DNA from: Candidatus Kaelpia aquatica
GTDB taxonomy: Bacteria; Omnitrophota; Gorgyraeia; Kaelpiales; Kaelpiaceae
Length of the DNA stretch: 64,000 nt
Assembly (NCBI GenBank): GCA_030765335.1
Contig: JAVCCU010000025.1
Coordinates: forward strand, 6,784 to 70,783
Direction of reading: 5' to 3'
A program made the position numbers and the translations under genes. This document shows positions 19,381 through 28,886 of the stretch, in pieces (positions within the stretch are counted from its first letter, which is position 1; the number at the start of each line of letters is the position of its first letter). The notes under the pieces are model-generated. The model was not told the origin of the DNA. It made no database searches and saw only the letters and a program-made list of their open reading frames with translations.

Positions 19381-19851
19381 ATGGGAATAACGTATCTATC
19401 CAAAAAAGCTTATGAAAAATTAAGGGAAGAGCTTAAGCATCTTAAGTTTGTTAAGCGTAGGCAGATCTCTAAAGACTTAGAGCATGCTAGGTCCTTAGGA
19501 GACTTAAAAGAGAATGCCGAGTACCATGCAGCTAAAGAGTCGCAGGGGTTGAACGAGAAAAAGATCTATGAGATAGAGGCAAAGCTCTCAACAGTTGAAT
19601 TTATTGATAATCTTGATATTTCAAAAGATGAGATAAGGATAGGAGCAAAGGTCAAGCTGCTTGATCTTGGCGATAAACAGGAGTGTGAGTACCAATTGGT
19701 CGGTGCTGATGAATCTAATCCTTCAGAAGGGTTTATCTCTGTTGATTCACCTATAGGAAGGGCTCTTCTGGGGCATAAGAGAGAAGATGAGCTGGATATA
19801 AAAATTCCGGCTGGAGTCTTAAAATATAGAGTCATCGATATTTCTCGGTAA
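19381..19851 (+). CDS. greA: transcription elongation factor GreA
   Basis: 156 aa. N-terminal coiled-coil LGDLKENAEYHAAKE and C-terminal FKBP-like domain. Confidence 0.85.
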   Translation: MGITYLSKKAYEKLREELKHLKFVKRRQISKDLEHARSLGDLKENAEYHAAKESQGLNEKKIYEIEAKLSTVEFIDNLDISKDEIRIGAKVKLLDLGDKQECEYQLVGADESNPSEGFISVDSPIGRALLGHKREDELDIKIPAGVLKYRVIDISR

Positions 19852-20040
19852 GATTTACCTGTAGAGCTTGTTTGTAATAGCTAATCTTTTATCAATTTTT
19901 TATCTTCTATAGTTTTCATTAATACAGCTATATTCTATCTCTTTTCTACTGTGATATTGCTGGAAAGAGTAGTTTTTTCGTTTAATAGGTAATATAATGG
20001 ATCTCAAGTCTCTTTAAGTTTAACGTTAATATTTTATTTT

Positions 20041-20745
20041 TTGAAGACAGCTATAATAGTTCCAACCTACAATGAGAGAGAGAACATCCTTTTCCTTATA
20101 GATATATTAAGGAAGAGATATCCTGAGTTTGATCTCTTAGTTATTGACGATAACTCTCCCGATATGACTTATGAAGTGGTTAGAGAGTTCTCTATGAGGG
20201 ATGATAAAGTCAAACTGCTCTTTAGAGAAAGAAAGGAGGGTTTAGGCAGGGCGCTCTGTTCTGGCTATCGCTATAGTATGGCCAATGGTTATCAAAGGTT
20301 AATACAGCTTGATGCTGATTTCTCTCATCCTCCTGAGTATATTGATTTAATATTAAAAGGTTTGAACTCTGCAGGCCTTGTTATAGCCTCCAGAAATATA
20401 GCCGGAGGCGGGGTTGAGAATTGGTCTCTGTTTAGGATATTAGTGAGCCGTTTAGCCAATCTGGCAACTAGTATTATGCTAAGACTAGGAGTGAGAGATG
20501 CAACCTCTGGTTTTAGAGGGTTCTCAAGAGATTTTATAGAAGATTTTATAAAAAAAGGCCCTATATCTAGAGGTTATATTATCCAAGTTGAGACAACCTT
20601 CTATGCTAGAAGATTGGGTTATGGTATAAAAGAAGTACCTTTTATATATAGAGAGCGGGAAAGAGGTAAGTCAAAGTTAGATATCAAGGAAGTTTTGATT
20701 TCGGTTTTTACACTCATAAGGCTTGCTTTTAAAAGATGTAATTGA
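20041..20745 (+). CDS. GT2 family glycosyltransferase, polyprenol-phosphate mannosyl/glucosyltransferase-like
   Basis: 234 aa. IIVPTYNEREN, DDNSPD and the DAD motif of Dpm1-like GT2 enzymes. TTG start. Confidence 0.7.
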   Translation: MKTAIIVPTYNERENILFLIDILRKRYPEFDLLVIDDNSPDMTYEVVREFSMRDDKVKLLFRERKEGLGRALCSGYRYSMANGYQRLIQLDADFSHPPEYIDLILKGLNSAGLVIASRNIAGGGVENWSLFRILVSRLANLATSIMLRLGVRDATSGFRGFSRDFIEDFIKKGPISRGYIIQVETTFYARRLGYGIKEVPFIYRERERGKSKLDIKEVLISVFTLIRLAFKRCN

Positions 20746-20777
20746 ATAATTAAGCTATTACGTATAGAATTTTTAAA

Positions 20778-21857
20778 ATGAAATACAGATTTTTATTGAT
20801 ATTATTGGTGCTCTCGATGGGTTGTGCAACTATGCCTTCTGGCAGATACTCTTCTTATTATAGAGAGATAGATGAAAAAGGGCATATATCTTTAAATGAA
20901 TTTGCCAGGAAGCATGATTTTCAGATAGACTTTGATCCTTTTCTTAAGAAAGTATATCTTACCAAAGGAGATAGCATAGAGCTGATATTTGCATTGGAAT
21001 CTTCAGTAGCCTTGCTCAATGATCAGGTTCTTAGGCTGCAGGACAGTTTAAAAGTAGAGAGAGGAGATATTAGGCTCTCTTCCCAAAGTGCCAGAATGAT
21101 TATAAATCAGATCTACTATGATAAGAAGCCTCAGGAAAAGAAGCAGAAGAAGATATCGGATATCCATAGAGTGCATACTATTGTATTAGATCCCGGACAT
21201 GGTGGAAAAGATCCCGGGGCAATAGGTGTAAGCGGGGTTAAAGAGAAAGATCTGGTTTTAAGTATAGCAAAGATACTTAAATCTAAACTGGCGTCTGCAG
21301 GTTATAAGGTAAAGATGACACGTAGCGATGATAGTTATGTTTCACTCTGGAATAGAGTTGCTTTTGCTAACCGTGAGGGAGCGGATCTCTTTCTCTCGAT
21401 ACATGCTAACAGTGCCCGGGCAAAGAGCGCCTCTGGGTTTGAGGTTTTTTATCTTTCAGAGGCAAGCGATGAAAGCGCAAGGTCGCTTGCTGCAGCTGAG
21501 AACTATCCCTTGGGGTTTGAGGAGAGCCTATCTCAAGATTTAAATGTTCAGGCAACTATCTGGGACCTTCTGTATACTGAGAATAGAAAAGATGCAATAA
21601 AGCTAGGCAGAAAGATATGTTTAGCCATGGATAGCTTGGTTTCAACGAAAAATAGAGGTTTAAAGAGCGCTAATTTTTATATTTTAAGAGGAGCGCAGAT
21701 GCCGGCTGTATTAGTAGAGGTTGGATTTATCTCCAATAAATATGAGGAGTCTAATTTAAATACCTGGAGATTCAAGAGTAATATAGCAGAGGCATTAGTT
21801 AGAGGAGTTGAATCTTATGAGAAAGAGTATCTGGTGAGCCATGGATATAATAGATAG
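20778..21857 (+). CDS. N-acetylmuramoyl-L-alanine amidase (Amidase_3) lipoprotein
   Basis: 359 aa. Lipobox LSMGC and Amidase_3 domain (IVLDPGHGGKDPGAIG, SIHANS). Confidence 0.8.
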   Translation: MKYRFLLILLVLSMGCATMPSGRYSSYYREIDEKGHISLNEFARKHDFQIDFDPFLKKVYLTKGDSIELIFALESSVALLNDQVLRLQDSLKVERGDIRLSSQSARMIINQIYYDKKPQEKKQKKISDIHRVHTIVLDPGHGGKDPGAIGVSGVKEKDLVLSIAKILKSKLASAGYKVKMTRSDDSYVSLWNRVAFANREGADLFLSIHANSARAKSASGFEVFYLSEASDESARSLAAAENYPLGFEESLSQDLNVQATIWDLLYTENRKDAIKLGRKICLAMDSLVSTKNRGLKSANFYILRGAQMPAVLVEVGFISNKYEESNLNTWRFKSNIAEALVRGVESYEKEYLVSHGYNR

Positions 21858-22686
21858 AAGAGAACTGCCAATAGCTGTCTTTGATTCCGGAGTAGGGGGT
21901 CTTACAATTGTTAAGGAGATTTTAAATATCTTACCTCAGGAATCAGTGCTCTATTTAGGTGATACTGCGCGGGTACCTTATGGAGCTAAATCAGCCGAGA
22001 CAGTTAAGAGGTTTACAGAGGAGGCTATCTCTTTTTTCAAACCCAAAGGGATAAAGATGCTTCTCATTGCTTGTAATACCTCATCTAGCCTGGCTCTACC
22101 TAGTCTTAGAGAAGATTATGGTTTTAAAATACTGGGGGTAGTTGATGCCGGAGCAGAAGAGGCTGCTAAGGTGAGCAGGATTAAGAGGATTGGAGTGATA
22201 GGGACAGAGGCGACCATAAGCAGCGGGATCTATGAGAGAAAATTAAAAGAGTTAGACCCAAGCTTAGAAGTTTTCAGTAAGTCTTGCCCTCTCCTTGTTC
22301 CTCTTGTTGAAGAGGGGTGGATAGATGAACCTGAAAGCTATAAAATAGCTTCTAAATATTTAAAGAGCTTAAAGGATAAGAAGATTGATACTTTAATATT
22401 GGGTTGTACGCATTATCCTTTAATGAAGAAGATGATTCAATATGGGATAGGTGAACATGTTGCATTGATAGATTCTGCCAAAGCTTTCATAAAGAGAGTA
22501 AGAAATGTTTTATCAAGCGATGATATTCTCTCTAATAGAAAAGATAAAGAGTACAGGTTCTATGTAACAGATGAGCCGGGTAAATTCAAAGAGCTTAGTG
22601 AGGTTTTTTTAGGCGCTGCCTTAGGTACAGTTGAGAGAGTTGATTTAAAGGAGTGTAATAATGTATCAGATTTCAATAAAGTCTAG
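21841..22686 (+). CDS. murI: glutamate racemase
   Basis: 281 aa. IAVFDSGVGGLT and LIACNTSS catalytic Cys motifs. Confidence 0.85.
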   Translation: MDIIDRRELPIAVFDSGVGGLTIVKEILNILPQESVLYLGDTARVPYGAKSAETVKRFTEEAISFFKPKGIKMLLIACNTSSSLALPSLREDYGFKILGVVDAGAEEAAKVSRIKRIGVIGTEATISSGIYERKLKELDPSLEVFSKSCPLLVPLVEEGWIDEPESYKIASKYLKSLKDKKIDTLILGCTHYPLMKKMIQYGIGEHVALIDSAKAFIKRVRNVLSSDDILSNRKDKEYRFYVTDEPGKFKELSEVFLGAALGTVERVDLKECNNVSDFNKV

Positions 22687-23029
22687 TTTTTCTGCTGCCC
22701 ATAACTTAAGGGAATATAAGGGTAAGTGTGAGAACCTTCATGGCCATAACTGGAACATAGAGGTCTTTGTAGAATCAGATAGATTGAATAAGGAAGGCAT
22801 GGTTATTGACTTTATAGATTTAAAAGCAATCTTAAAAGAGGCGCTGGCTAAGTTGGATCATAACTATATAAATGAGGTTAAGCCGTTCGATAGTTTGAAT
22901 CCGACATCTGAGAATCTCTCCTGGTACATCTTTAGGGCGATGGGAGAGGCTCTCTCTGATAATGGTATTAGAGTAAAGAGAGTTGATGTTTGGGAGACTG
23001 AATCATCTAGAGCCAGCTACTATGAATAA
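22661..23029 (+). CDS. queD: 6-carboxy-5,6,7,8-tetrahydropterin synthase
   Basis: 122 aa. HGHNWNIEV Zn-binding motif of QueD/PTPS. Confidence 0.85.
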   Translation: MYQISIKSSFSAAHNLREYKGKCENLHGHNWNIEVFVESDRLNKEGMVIDFIDLKAILKEALAKLDHNYINEVKPFDSLNPTSENLSWYIFRAMGEALSDNGIRVKRVDVWETESSRASYYE

Positions 23030-23690
23030 TAAAAAGGGAATTGTTCTATTATCAGGGGGGCTTGACTCTTCAACCTCTCTTTATTATGCGCTAGATAAGG
23101 GTTATGAAATTAAAGCTCTTATTTTTGACTACGGTCAGAGAGATAAGAGAGAGATTGATTTAGCTAAGAGCATAGCTCAGGCAGCAGGAGTTGAATATGA
23201 GATTATTAATCTAGATTTTAGCTGGGGCGGCAGTGCTCTTTTAGATAAAGATATAGAATTACCTCAGGGAGATTTGGAGAGGGAAGATATACCCCTAAGT
23301 TATGTGCCTTCAAGAAATATAGTCTTTCTCTCTATTGCTTTAAGCTATGCTGAGGCAAAGTTATTTGATGAGATATTTATCGGTGCTAATGCGGTTGACT
23401 ATTCCGGGTATCCGGACTGCAGGCCTGATTTCATGGAGGCATTTCAAAGAGTTGCAGATTGCGGGACAAAATCAGGCATTGAGGGCAGACCAATAAAGAT
23501 ATCAGCTCCTTTACTTAAGTTAAAAAAATCAGAGATTATAAAGTTAGGCAATAGTTTAGGTGTCCCCTTTGATTTAACTTCCTCTTGCTATGAAGGAGAC
23601 AGTGAGCCCTGTATGAAGTGTGACTCTTGCTTAATAAGAGAGAGAGGCTTTAAAGAGGCAGGATTAGAAGATCCTATAATAAAAAGATGA
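23022..23690 (+). CDS. queC: 7-cyano-7-deazaguanine synthase
   Basis: VLLSGGLDSST PP-loop and C-terminal Zn Cys cluster (CYEGDSEPCMKCDSC). Start set at ATG 23022 (MNNKKGIVLLSGG) rather than the upstream TTG of the ORF track. Confidence 0.8.
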   Translation: MNNKKGIVLLSGGLDSSTSLYYALDKGYEIKALIFDYGQRDKREIDLAKSIAQAAGVEYEIINLDFSWGGSALLDKDIELPQGDLEREDIPLSYVPSRNIVFLSIALSYAEAKLFDEIFIGANAVDYSGYPDCRPDFMEAFQRVADCGTKSGIEGRPIKISAPLLKLKKSEIIKLGNSLGVPFDLTSSCYEGDSEPCMKCDSCLIRERGFKEAGLEDPIIKR

Positions 23691-24367
23691 AAAATTCAAA
23701 AGCTAAGATATCAGAAATTTTTTACTCTATTCAGGGTGAAGGGATATATTTGGGTTATCCTCAGGTGTTTATAAGGTTTTGGGGTTGTAATCTAGGCAGC
23801 TGCCAGTATTGCGATACCAAGCTTAATGATTTTAAAGAATATACTCTAGAGCGTATTAAAAAAGAGATCAGAGGTTTAAATAAAGGTTGCCATTCGATAT
23901 CTCTTACGGGAGGAGAGCCTTTAGTTCAGGCTGATTTTATCAAAAAATTATTAGGTTCTCTAGAAGATAGCGAGAAGGTTTATCTTGAGACTAACGGAGT
24001 ATTGTCTAAGCAGCTTGAAAAAATCATAGAAGATGTTGATATAGTTGCTATGGATATGAAGCTTCCTTCATCTTCAGGTTTAAAGCCTTTTTGGGATGAG
24101 CATAGAAAGTTCTTACTTGTTGCCTGGGAGAAGCAGGTTTTTGTTAAGATGGTTGTAGTAGAAAAGACCACCGTAAAAGATTTTAGAAGGGCTCTTGAGA
24201 TTATCCTCTCTGTTGACACTTCAATCCCTCTTGTTATCCAGCCCCACTTTGAAGATAGCTCTCCTAAACTCGTAGATAAACTGCTAAGGTTTCAGGAGGA
24301 GGCTTTTAGATCTCTGATACATGTAAGGGTAATACCCCAGCTTCATAAAGGAATGAATATAAGATGA
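23687..24367 (+). CDS. queE: 7-carboxy-7-deazaguanine synthase (radical SAM)
   Basis: 226 aa. IFYSIQGEG...FIRFWGCNLGSCQYCDT radical SAM motif typical of QueE. Confidence 0.85.
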   Translation: MKNSKAKISEIFYSIQGEGIYLGYPQVFIRFWGCNLGSCQYCDTKLNDFKEYTLERIKKEIRGLNKGCHSISLTGGEPLVQADFIKKLLGSLEDSEKVYLETNGVLSKQLEKIIEDVDIVAMDMKLPSSSGLKPFWDEHRKFLLVAWEKQVFVKMVVVEKTTVKDFRRALEIILSVDTSIPLVIQPHFEDSSPKLVDKLLRFQEEAFRSLIHVRVIPQLHKGMNIR

Positions 24368-25203
24368 GAGTAGATTTTAAAAGAATAGCCAAAGAGCTCT
24401 ACCTAGAAGCAAGTTTTAATCTAAGAAGAGATATTAGAAAGGCTTTAGTTAAAGCCTATAGTCAGGAGAGAGAGAAACTAGTTAAAGAAGCTTTAAGTGC
24501 AATCTTAAAGAATGGAGATCTTGCCAAGAAAAATAGAATGGCAATCTGCCAGGATACAGGTTATCCGGTATTATTTTTAAAAATCGGTGATATCGGAATT
24601 AAGAATTTAAACAGTATAACAGGAGATTTAACCAAAGGGATAAGAGAGGCCACTATAAGAGGTCATTTACGTTACTCGGTTGTAGTAGATCCATTAGATA
24701 GAATGAAAATAGCACCCAATATACCTCCTATATTTCATATAGAGTTTAATAACAGCAAGAGGTTAGAGATAGAACTTTTAGTTAAAGGGTTTGGCTCTGA
24801 GAATCAGACAAAGCTCTCTATGTTGAGTCCAAATACTTTAGATAGCGATATTGTAGGTATTGTAGCTGATCATATTAAGGTTGTTGGGTCTAAAGCCTGC
24901 CCGCCTTATGTAATAGGTATTGGAATCGGGGGAACTGCCGATAAGGCTATTATACTCTCAAAAGAGGCAGCATTAATTAGCTTAGATAAGAAAAATAAAA
25001 ATAAGAGACTAGCAGATTTAGAGCAGAGGATAAGAGAAGAAGTAAATAAGCTTAAGATAGGGCCTTTAGGTGTGGGCGGGGAGACGACCTGTCTAGGCGC
25101 TAAGGTGCTAACACATCCAACACATATCGCAGGGTTGCCCCTTGGAATAACGGTATCCTGTCATGCTGTGAGATCTGCCAAGAAAATTATCAAGTTTAAA
25201 TAA
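24364..25203 (+). CDS. class I (Fe-S) fumarate hydratase, alpha subunit
   Basis: 279 aa. Similar to the FumA N-terminal/TtdA family (CQDTGYPVLF). Confidence 0.8.
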   Translation: MRVDFKRIAKELYLEASFNLRRDIRKALVKAYSQEREKLVKEALSAILKNGDLAKKNRMAICQDTGYPVLFLKIGDIGIKNLNSITGDLTKGIREATIRGHLRYSVVVDPLDRMKIAPNIPPIFHIEFNNSKRLEIELLVKGFGSENQTKLSMLSPNTLDSDIVGIVADHIKVVGSKACPPYVIGIGIGGTADKAIILSKEAALISLDKKNKNKRLADLEQRIREEVNKLKIGPLGVGGETTCLGAKVLTHPTHIAGLPLGITVSCHAVRSAKKIIKFK

Positions 25204-25736
25204 TGAATATAGAGAGTCCGTTAACAGCCGGTATTATTAAAAGCCTAAAAGCGGGGGAGCTGGTTTATTTAAGCGGAGCTATTTATACAGCTCGTGATAA
25301 GGCTCATAAGAAGATATTTGATTTAATAGATAAAGGAAGAGAGCTGCCTTTTAACTTAAAAGATTCAATTATATATTACTGCGGACCTGCTCCAAAAAAG
25401 AGAGGAGAGGCTATAGGATCTTGCGGTCCTACGACAAGCTCTAGAATGGATAAGCATACCCCTTTACTCTATGAGTTAGGGCTAGGGGCAACAATAGGAA
25501 AAGGAGAGAGGGGTGAAGATGTAGTAGATGCTGTTAAAAAGTATAAAGGAGTATATTTCTTAGCCTGGGGTGGTTGCGGTGCCTATCTAAGCAGCTTTGT
25601 TAAGAGTTCAAAAATAATAGCATTTAAAGAGTTAGGTGCTGAGGCAATTAGAAGATTAGAGGTTGAGAGATTTCCTTTGGTTGTTGCAGTAGACAGCTAT
25701 GGTAATAAAATATGGGATAAAAGGGGTAAAAAATGA
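25203..25736 (+). CDS. class I (Fe-S) fumarate hydratase, beta subunit
   Basis: 177 aa. FumA C-terminal/TtdB-like ([23 protein letters not shown]). Confidence 0.8.
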   Translation: MNIESPLTAGIIKSLKAGELVYLSGAIYTARDKAHKKIFDLIDKGRELPFNLKDSIIYYCGPAPKKRGEAIGSCGPTTSSRMDKHTPLLYELGLGATIGKGERGEDVVDAVKKYKGVYFLAWGGCGAYLSSFVKSSKIIAFKELGAEAIRRLEVERFPLVVAVDSYGNKIWDKRGKK

Positions 25737-26452
25737 GATTAGATAATAGAAGTAATGATCAGTTGAGAAAAGTTAAGATTACAAAAGATTATATTGAATA
25801 TGCAGAAGGTTCATGTCTTATTGAAGTGGGCAATACCAAAGTGATCTGCACCGCTTCAGTTGAAGAAAAGGTTCCGCCTTTTTTGAGAAATTCAGGAAGC
25901 GGCTGGATTACAGCAGAATACAGCATGCTACCCAGGTCTTGTAAGAGTAGAGTTGTAAGAGAGGCCAGGAAGGGTTCAGTTGGAGGAAGAACTAGTGAGA
26001 TTCAGCGCCTGATAGGAAGATCTCTAAGAGCAGTAGTAAATTTAAAGGGTTTTGGTGAGAGGACCATCTGGATAGATTGCGATGTTGTCCAGGCAGATGG
26101 AGGGACCCGCACAGCATCTATTACAGGTGGTTTTGTTGCTCTATATTTAGCATTTCAGAAACTTATAAAAGATGAGGCTATTAAAGAGAGTCCAGTTAAA
26201 ACTTTTTTAGCTGCAGTCTCTGTTGGTTTAATAGATAAAGAGGTAATGCTTGATTTGGCATACAGTGAGGATTTTAAAGCCGATGTTGATATGAATCTTG
26301 TTATGACTGAATCTAAAGATATTGTTGAGATTCAGGGAACAGCTGAAGGAGAGCCGTTCTCAAAGAGAAAGATGGATCAGCTTGTAAAGCTAGCAGAGAA
26401 AGGAATAGAAGAGTTAATAGCTATCCAGAAGAAGACTCTAAAGGTTAAATGA
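25733..26452 (+). CDS. rph: ribonuclease PH
   Basis: 239 aa. RNase PH family ([17 protein letters not shown]). Confidence 0.9.
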   Translation: MRLDNRSNDQLRKVKITKDYIEYAEGSCLIEVGNTKVICTASVEEKVPPFLRNSGSGWITAEYSMLPRSCKSRVVREARKGSVGGRTSEIQRLIGRSLRAVVNLKGFGERTIWIDCDVVQADGGTRTASITGGFVALYLAFQKLIKDEAIKESPVKTFLAAVSVGLIDKEVMLDLAYSEDFKADVDMNLVMTESKDIVEIQGTAEGEPFSKRKMDQLVKLAEKGIEELIAIQKKTLKVK

Positions 26453-27042
26453 AGAGGCTCCTCCTTGCTACTTTCAATCAAAATAAAGTCAAAGAGATTA
26501 CTCAGATTGCTGGAGATTTAAATCTTGAAATTGAATTTCTATACTTAAAAGACTTTAATAATATAAAGGAAGCCGTTGAAGACGGTAAGACATTTAAAGA
26601 TAATGCTATTAAGAAGGCAAGAGATTATTATACACAAACCGGCATTGTTACACTGGCTGAAGATTCAGGGCTTGCGGTAGATGCTTTAGATGGAGAGCCC
26701 GGAGTATATTCAGCTCGCTTCGGGGGGGAAGATAAAGATGATTATAAGAACAATCTTAAATTACTCCATATCTTAGAAGGCGTAACGGATAGAGCTGCTC
26801 ATTTTGTCTGCTCCGCTGCTTTAGCTATATCTAGGGATAACATAGAGACATTTGAAGGTATATTAGATGGTAGCATATCTTGTCATATGATGGGGAATAG
26901 CGGTTTCGGCTATGACCCTCTATTTATACCTAAAGATTGCGATAAGACGCTGGCTGAACTAGGCTCAAATATAAAGAATAAGATCTCACATAGATATAGG
27001 GCAATTAGAGATGTTTTTAACTTTATAAAGGAGAATTATTAG
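26449..27042 (+). CDS. rdgB: dITP/XTP pyrophosphatase (RdgB/HAM1 family)
   Basis: 197 aa. [16 protein letters not shown] and FGYDPLF motifs. Confidence 0.85.
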   Translation: MKRLLLATFNQNKVKEITQIAGDLNLEIEFLYLKDFNNIKEAVEDGKTFKDNAIKKARDYYTQTGIVTLAEDSGLAVDALDGEPGVYSARFGGEDKDDYKNNLKLLHILEGVTDRAAHFVCSAALAISRDNIETFEGILDGSISCHMMGNSGFGYDPLFIPKDCDKTLAELGSNIKNKISHRYRAIRDVFNFIKENY

Positions 27043-27057
27043 AATTTTGGGGGTGAC

Positions 27058-27086
27058 TTGTATTTTAAGTCTAATGTGGTATAAAT
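27058..27086 (+). promoter_or_regulatory. putative promoter (weak -35 TTGTAT, extended -10 TGGTATAAAT)
   Basis: TGGTATAAAT at 27077-27086. The -35 is only 4/6. Confidence 0.35.
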
Positions 27087-27136
27087 ATTGTATGATATGT
27101 TTAAAATGAACAAATTAAAAAAATATAGCAACCGAC

Positions 27137-27165
27137 TTGACAGCAGATTATATTATGGTATAAAT
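27137..27165 (+). promoter_or_regulatory. sigma70-type promoter TTGACA-N16-TGGTATAAAT
   Basis: TTGACA at 27137-27142 and TGGTATAAAT at 27156-27165. Confidence 0.55.
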
Positions 27166-27325
27166 ATTACAGGAGGTAGAAGGGCTTGAGAAAAAGATTA
27201 TGAAGAGAACAAAACTTAACAACATTATTCTCTGTATTATCGGTGCTCAGGAGGGGCATTGTCAAGATAGATTAAGGAATTCAAATAAACGGGTGTTTAA
27301 TTTGGTAAAAAAGGAGGAAGTTAAA

Positions 27326-27805
27326 ATGAATAAAGCATTAGTAATTCTTGTGTTAGGCATGTTGTTTATAACTCAGCTTGCATCTGCAGCAATTAATCAA
27401 ACAGGTCAAATCGCAATAAGTTTAAGGTTGGGTCAGGTGATTAACGAACGAGCTGATCAGGAAATTGAAGGTGCTCGCGAAATAAATGGAATCGCTGCAG
27501 GTATTGACGCTGGTACCATAGCGGTAACCGATAGAACTGTAGCAGAAAACGAAGGAGCGGCTTTTCTTGATTTTGTAAATAAAGTAAATGGTTTAAGCGA
27601 TGAAAAAACTAATGATGCAGTTGAAATTAAGCAATGTGCAGCTATGGCATTGAATGGTTCTGAATTAAGTTTGCCAGCTGAAGCAGTCGATGTGTTGGCT
27701 GGTAAGTGGTCTGATAATCTTGATAGCATGCTTGAGGAATTACAGAAAGCAGATCAGGTGTTAGACGATGATACGATGACTGCAGTTATGAATATACAAG
27801 AATAA
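27326..27805 (+). CDS. small secreted acidic hypothetical protein
   Basis: Start placed at ATG 27326 (AAGGAGG 8 nt upstream). Signal peptide MNKALVILVLGMLFITQLASA. The ORF track's extension to 27200 has no RBS and is not signal-like. Confidence 0.5.
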   Translation: MNKALVILVLGMLFITQLASAAINQTGQIAISLRLGQVINERADQEIEGAREINGIAAGIDAGTIAVTDRTVAENEGAAFLDFVNKVNGLSDEKTNDAVEIKQCAAMALNGSELSLPAEAVDVLAGKWSDNLDSMLEELQKADQVLDDDTMTAVMNIQE

Positions 27806-27816
27806 ATATTACGGAT

Positions 27817-27846
27817 GCTGGAGGCCTAAATAGGCCTCCAGCTTAA
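27817..27846 (+). terminator. GC-rich hairpin (possible terminator/attenuator)
   Basis: GCTGGAGGCCT-AAAT-AGGCCTCCAGC perfect 11-bp stem. The downstream tail is not T-rich, so it may be only a partial terminator. Confidence 0.4.
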
Positions 27847-27860
27847 AAGGGGAGAGTATT

Positions 27861-28009
27861 ATGAATAGAAAAAAGAAGATGTTTAAAACAAGGCAGCAAG
27901 AGTCTTTTTTTTATTCAATTAATAAAATCTTAATAAAAGATTTCATTAGCATTGTTGTTGCCTGCTCAATGCTTTTTGCTAATACTATCTGTTTGGCTGG
28001 CGATGAAGC
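27861..28009 (+). repeat. direct repeat copy 1 (149 bp) encoding the shared N-terminal leader
   Basis: Near-identical to 28738-28886. The differences cluster in one ~20 nt patch. Confidence 0.8.
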
Positions 28010-28745
28010 TGAGACAGTACATGCTGATGGTGTATTCACAACTATGCCTATGGCCCCTGCGGCCAGCGATCTTATGGGTGTATCTTTGATTGACCAGACA
28101 GAAATTGTTGCAATAGAGCGGGTAGGAGTATTGCGCATAGAAGAGTTTAATGTAGGTTTTCAAGTAACATATATGCTTAACAATGGTGCCAAGATGCTAC
28201 AAAGTTTAATCGTTTATCTTCCTATTAAGCGTGATGAAAATGAAGCGATAAGTGTCCCCGATGTCTATATCGAAACTCCTGAAATATCTGAAGCTGGGTT
28301 TCGTGGTGAATCTTGGAATATAAATCCTGGAGATGATTCTATTGGTTATCTTGAGATAGTAATTGTTAATAATGGAATTAACCTTATTACAGAGTATGCT
28401 CCGATTACTGATACGGCGATGGGTATTGAATTTACATATGATGGAGCTACGCGTGGCGTTTACAACCATGACCTTGATGATATTGATATGCTTAATCAAT
28501 GTACATCGATTGTGAAAACATTAAATTTCTTTCTCAATCTCGAAGATTTTGATAGCAACAGTGCTAGCCATAGCGTTGAAAATCCTTCGATTGATAATCC
28601 TTCGGTTGATAATGAAAGTAACTCAATTTTAGATCATTTTCAAACCTTTGCGTTGCGTTTTTTTCCTGCACTTTTTCTTGGAGGCACTTTAGCTTATGAG
28701 ATATATCTCCAACAGCAGCGTTGGATTAGGAGGAGTAATGAATAG
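27861..28745 (+). CDS. hypothetical protein with conserved basic N-terminal leader (MNRKKKMFK...ICLAGDEA)
   Basis: 294 aa. Shares its first ~50 aa almost exactly with the next gene. The rest is unique, with a PSIDNPSVDN repeat near the C-terminus. Confidence 0.55.
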   Translation: MNRKKKMFKTRQQESFFYSINKILIKDFISIVVACSMLFANTICLAGDEAETVHADGVFTTMPMAPAASDLMGVSLIDQTEIVAIERVGVLRIEEFNVGFQVTYMLNNGAKMLQSLIVYLPIKRDENEAISVPDVYIETPEISEAGFRGESWNINPGDDSIGYLEIVIVNNGINLITEYAPITDTAMGIEFTYDGATRGVYNHDLDDIDMLNQCTSIVKTLNFFLNLEDFDSNSASHSVENPSIDNPSVDNESNSILDHFQTFALRFFPALFLGGTLAYEIYLQQQRWIRRSNE

Positions 28746-28886
28746 AAAAAAGAAGATGTTTAAAGCAAGGCAGCAAGCATATTTTTTGTATTTAATTAAT
28801 AAAATCTTAATAAAAGATTTCATTAGCATTGTTGTTGCCTGCTCAATGCTTTTTGCTAATACTATCTGTTTGGCTGGCGATGAAGC
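28738..28886 (+). repeat. direct repeat copy 2 (149 bp) encoding the shared N-terminal leader
   Basis: Near-identical to 27861-28009. Confidence 0.8.

Noticed and set aside
22661-24367. queD-queC-queE (preQ0 synthesis) without queF or tgt nearby, as a hint of a DNA-modification (dpd-like) or non-canonical 7-deazaguanine use
   Set aside because: The absence of queF or tgt within a 64 kb window is uninformative, since they are often unlinked. No dpdA-like or other modification genes are adjacent.
27200-27325. ORF-track N-terminal extension of the small secreted protein (start at 27200)
   Set aside because: The extension is not signal-like, and its ATG lies 23 nt from the nearest SD-like sequence. 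A consensus AAGGAGG sits 8 nt upstream of ATG 27326, where the true signal peptide begins.
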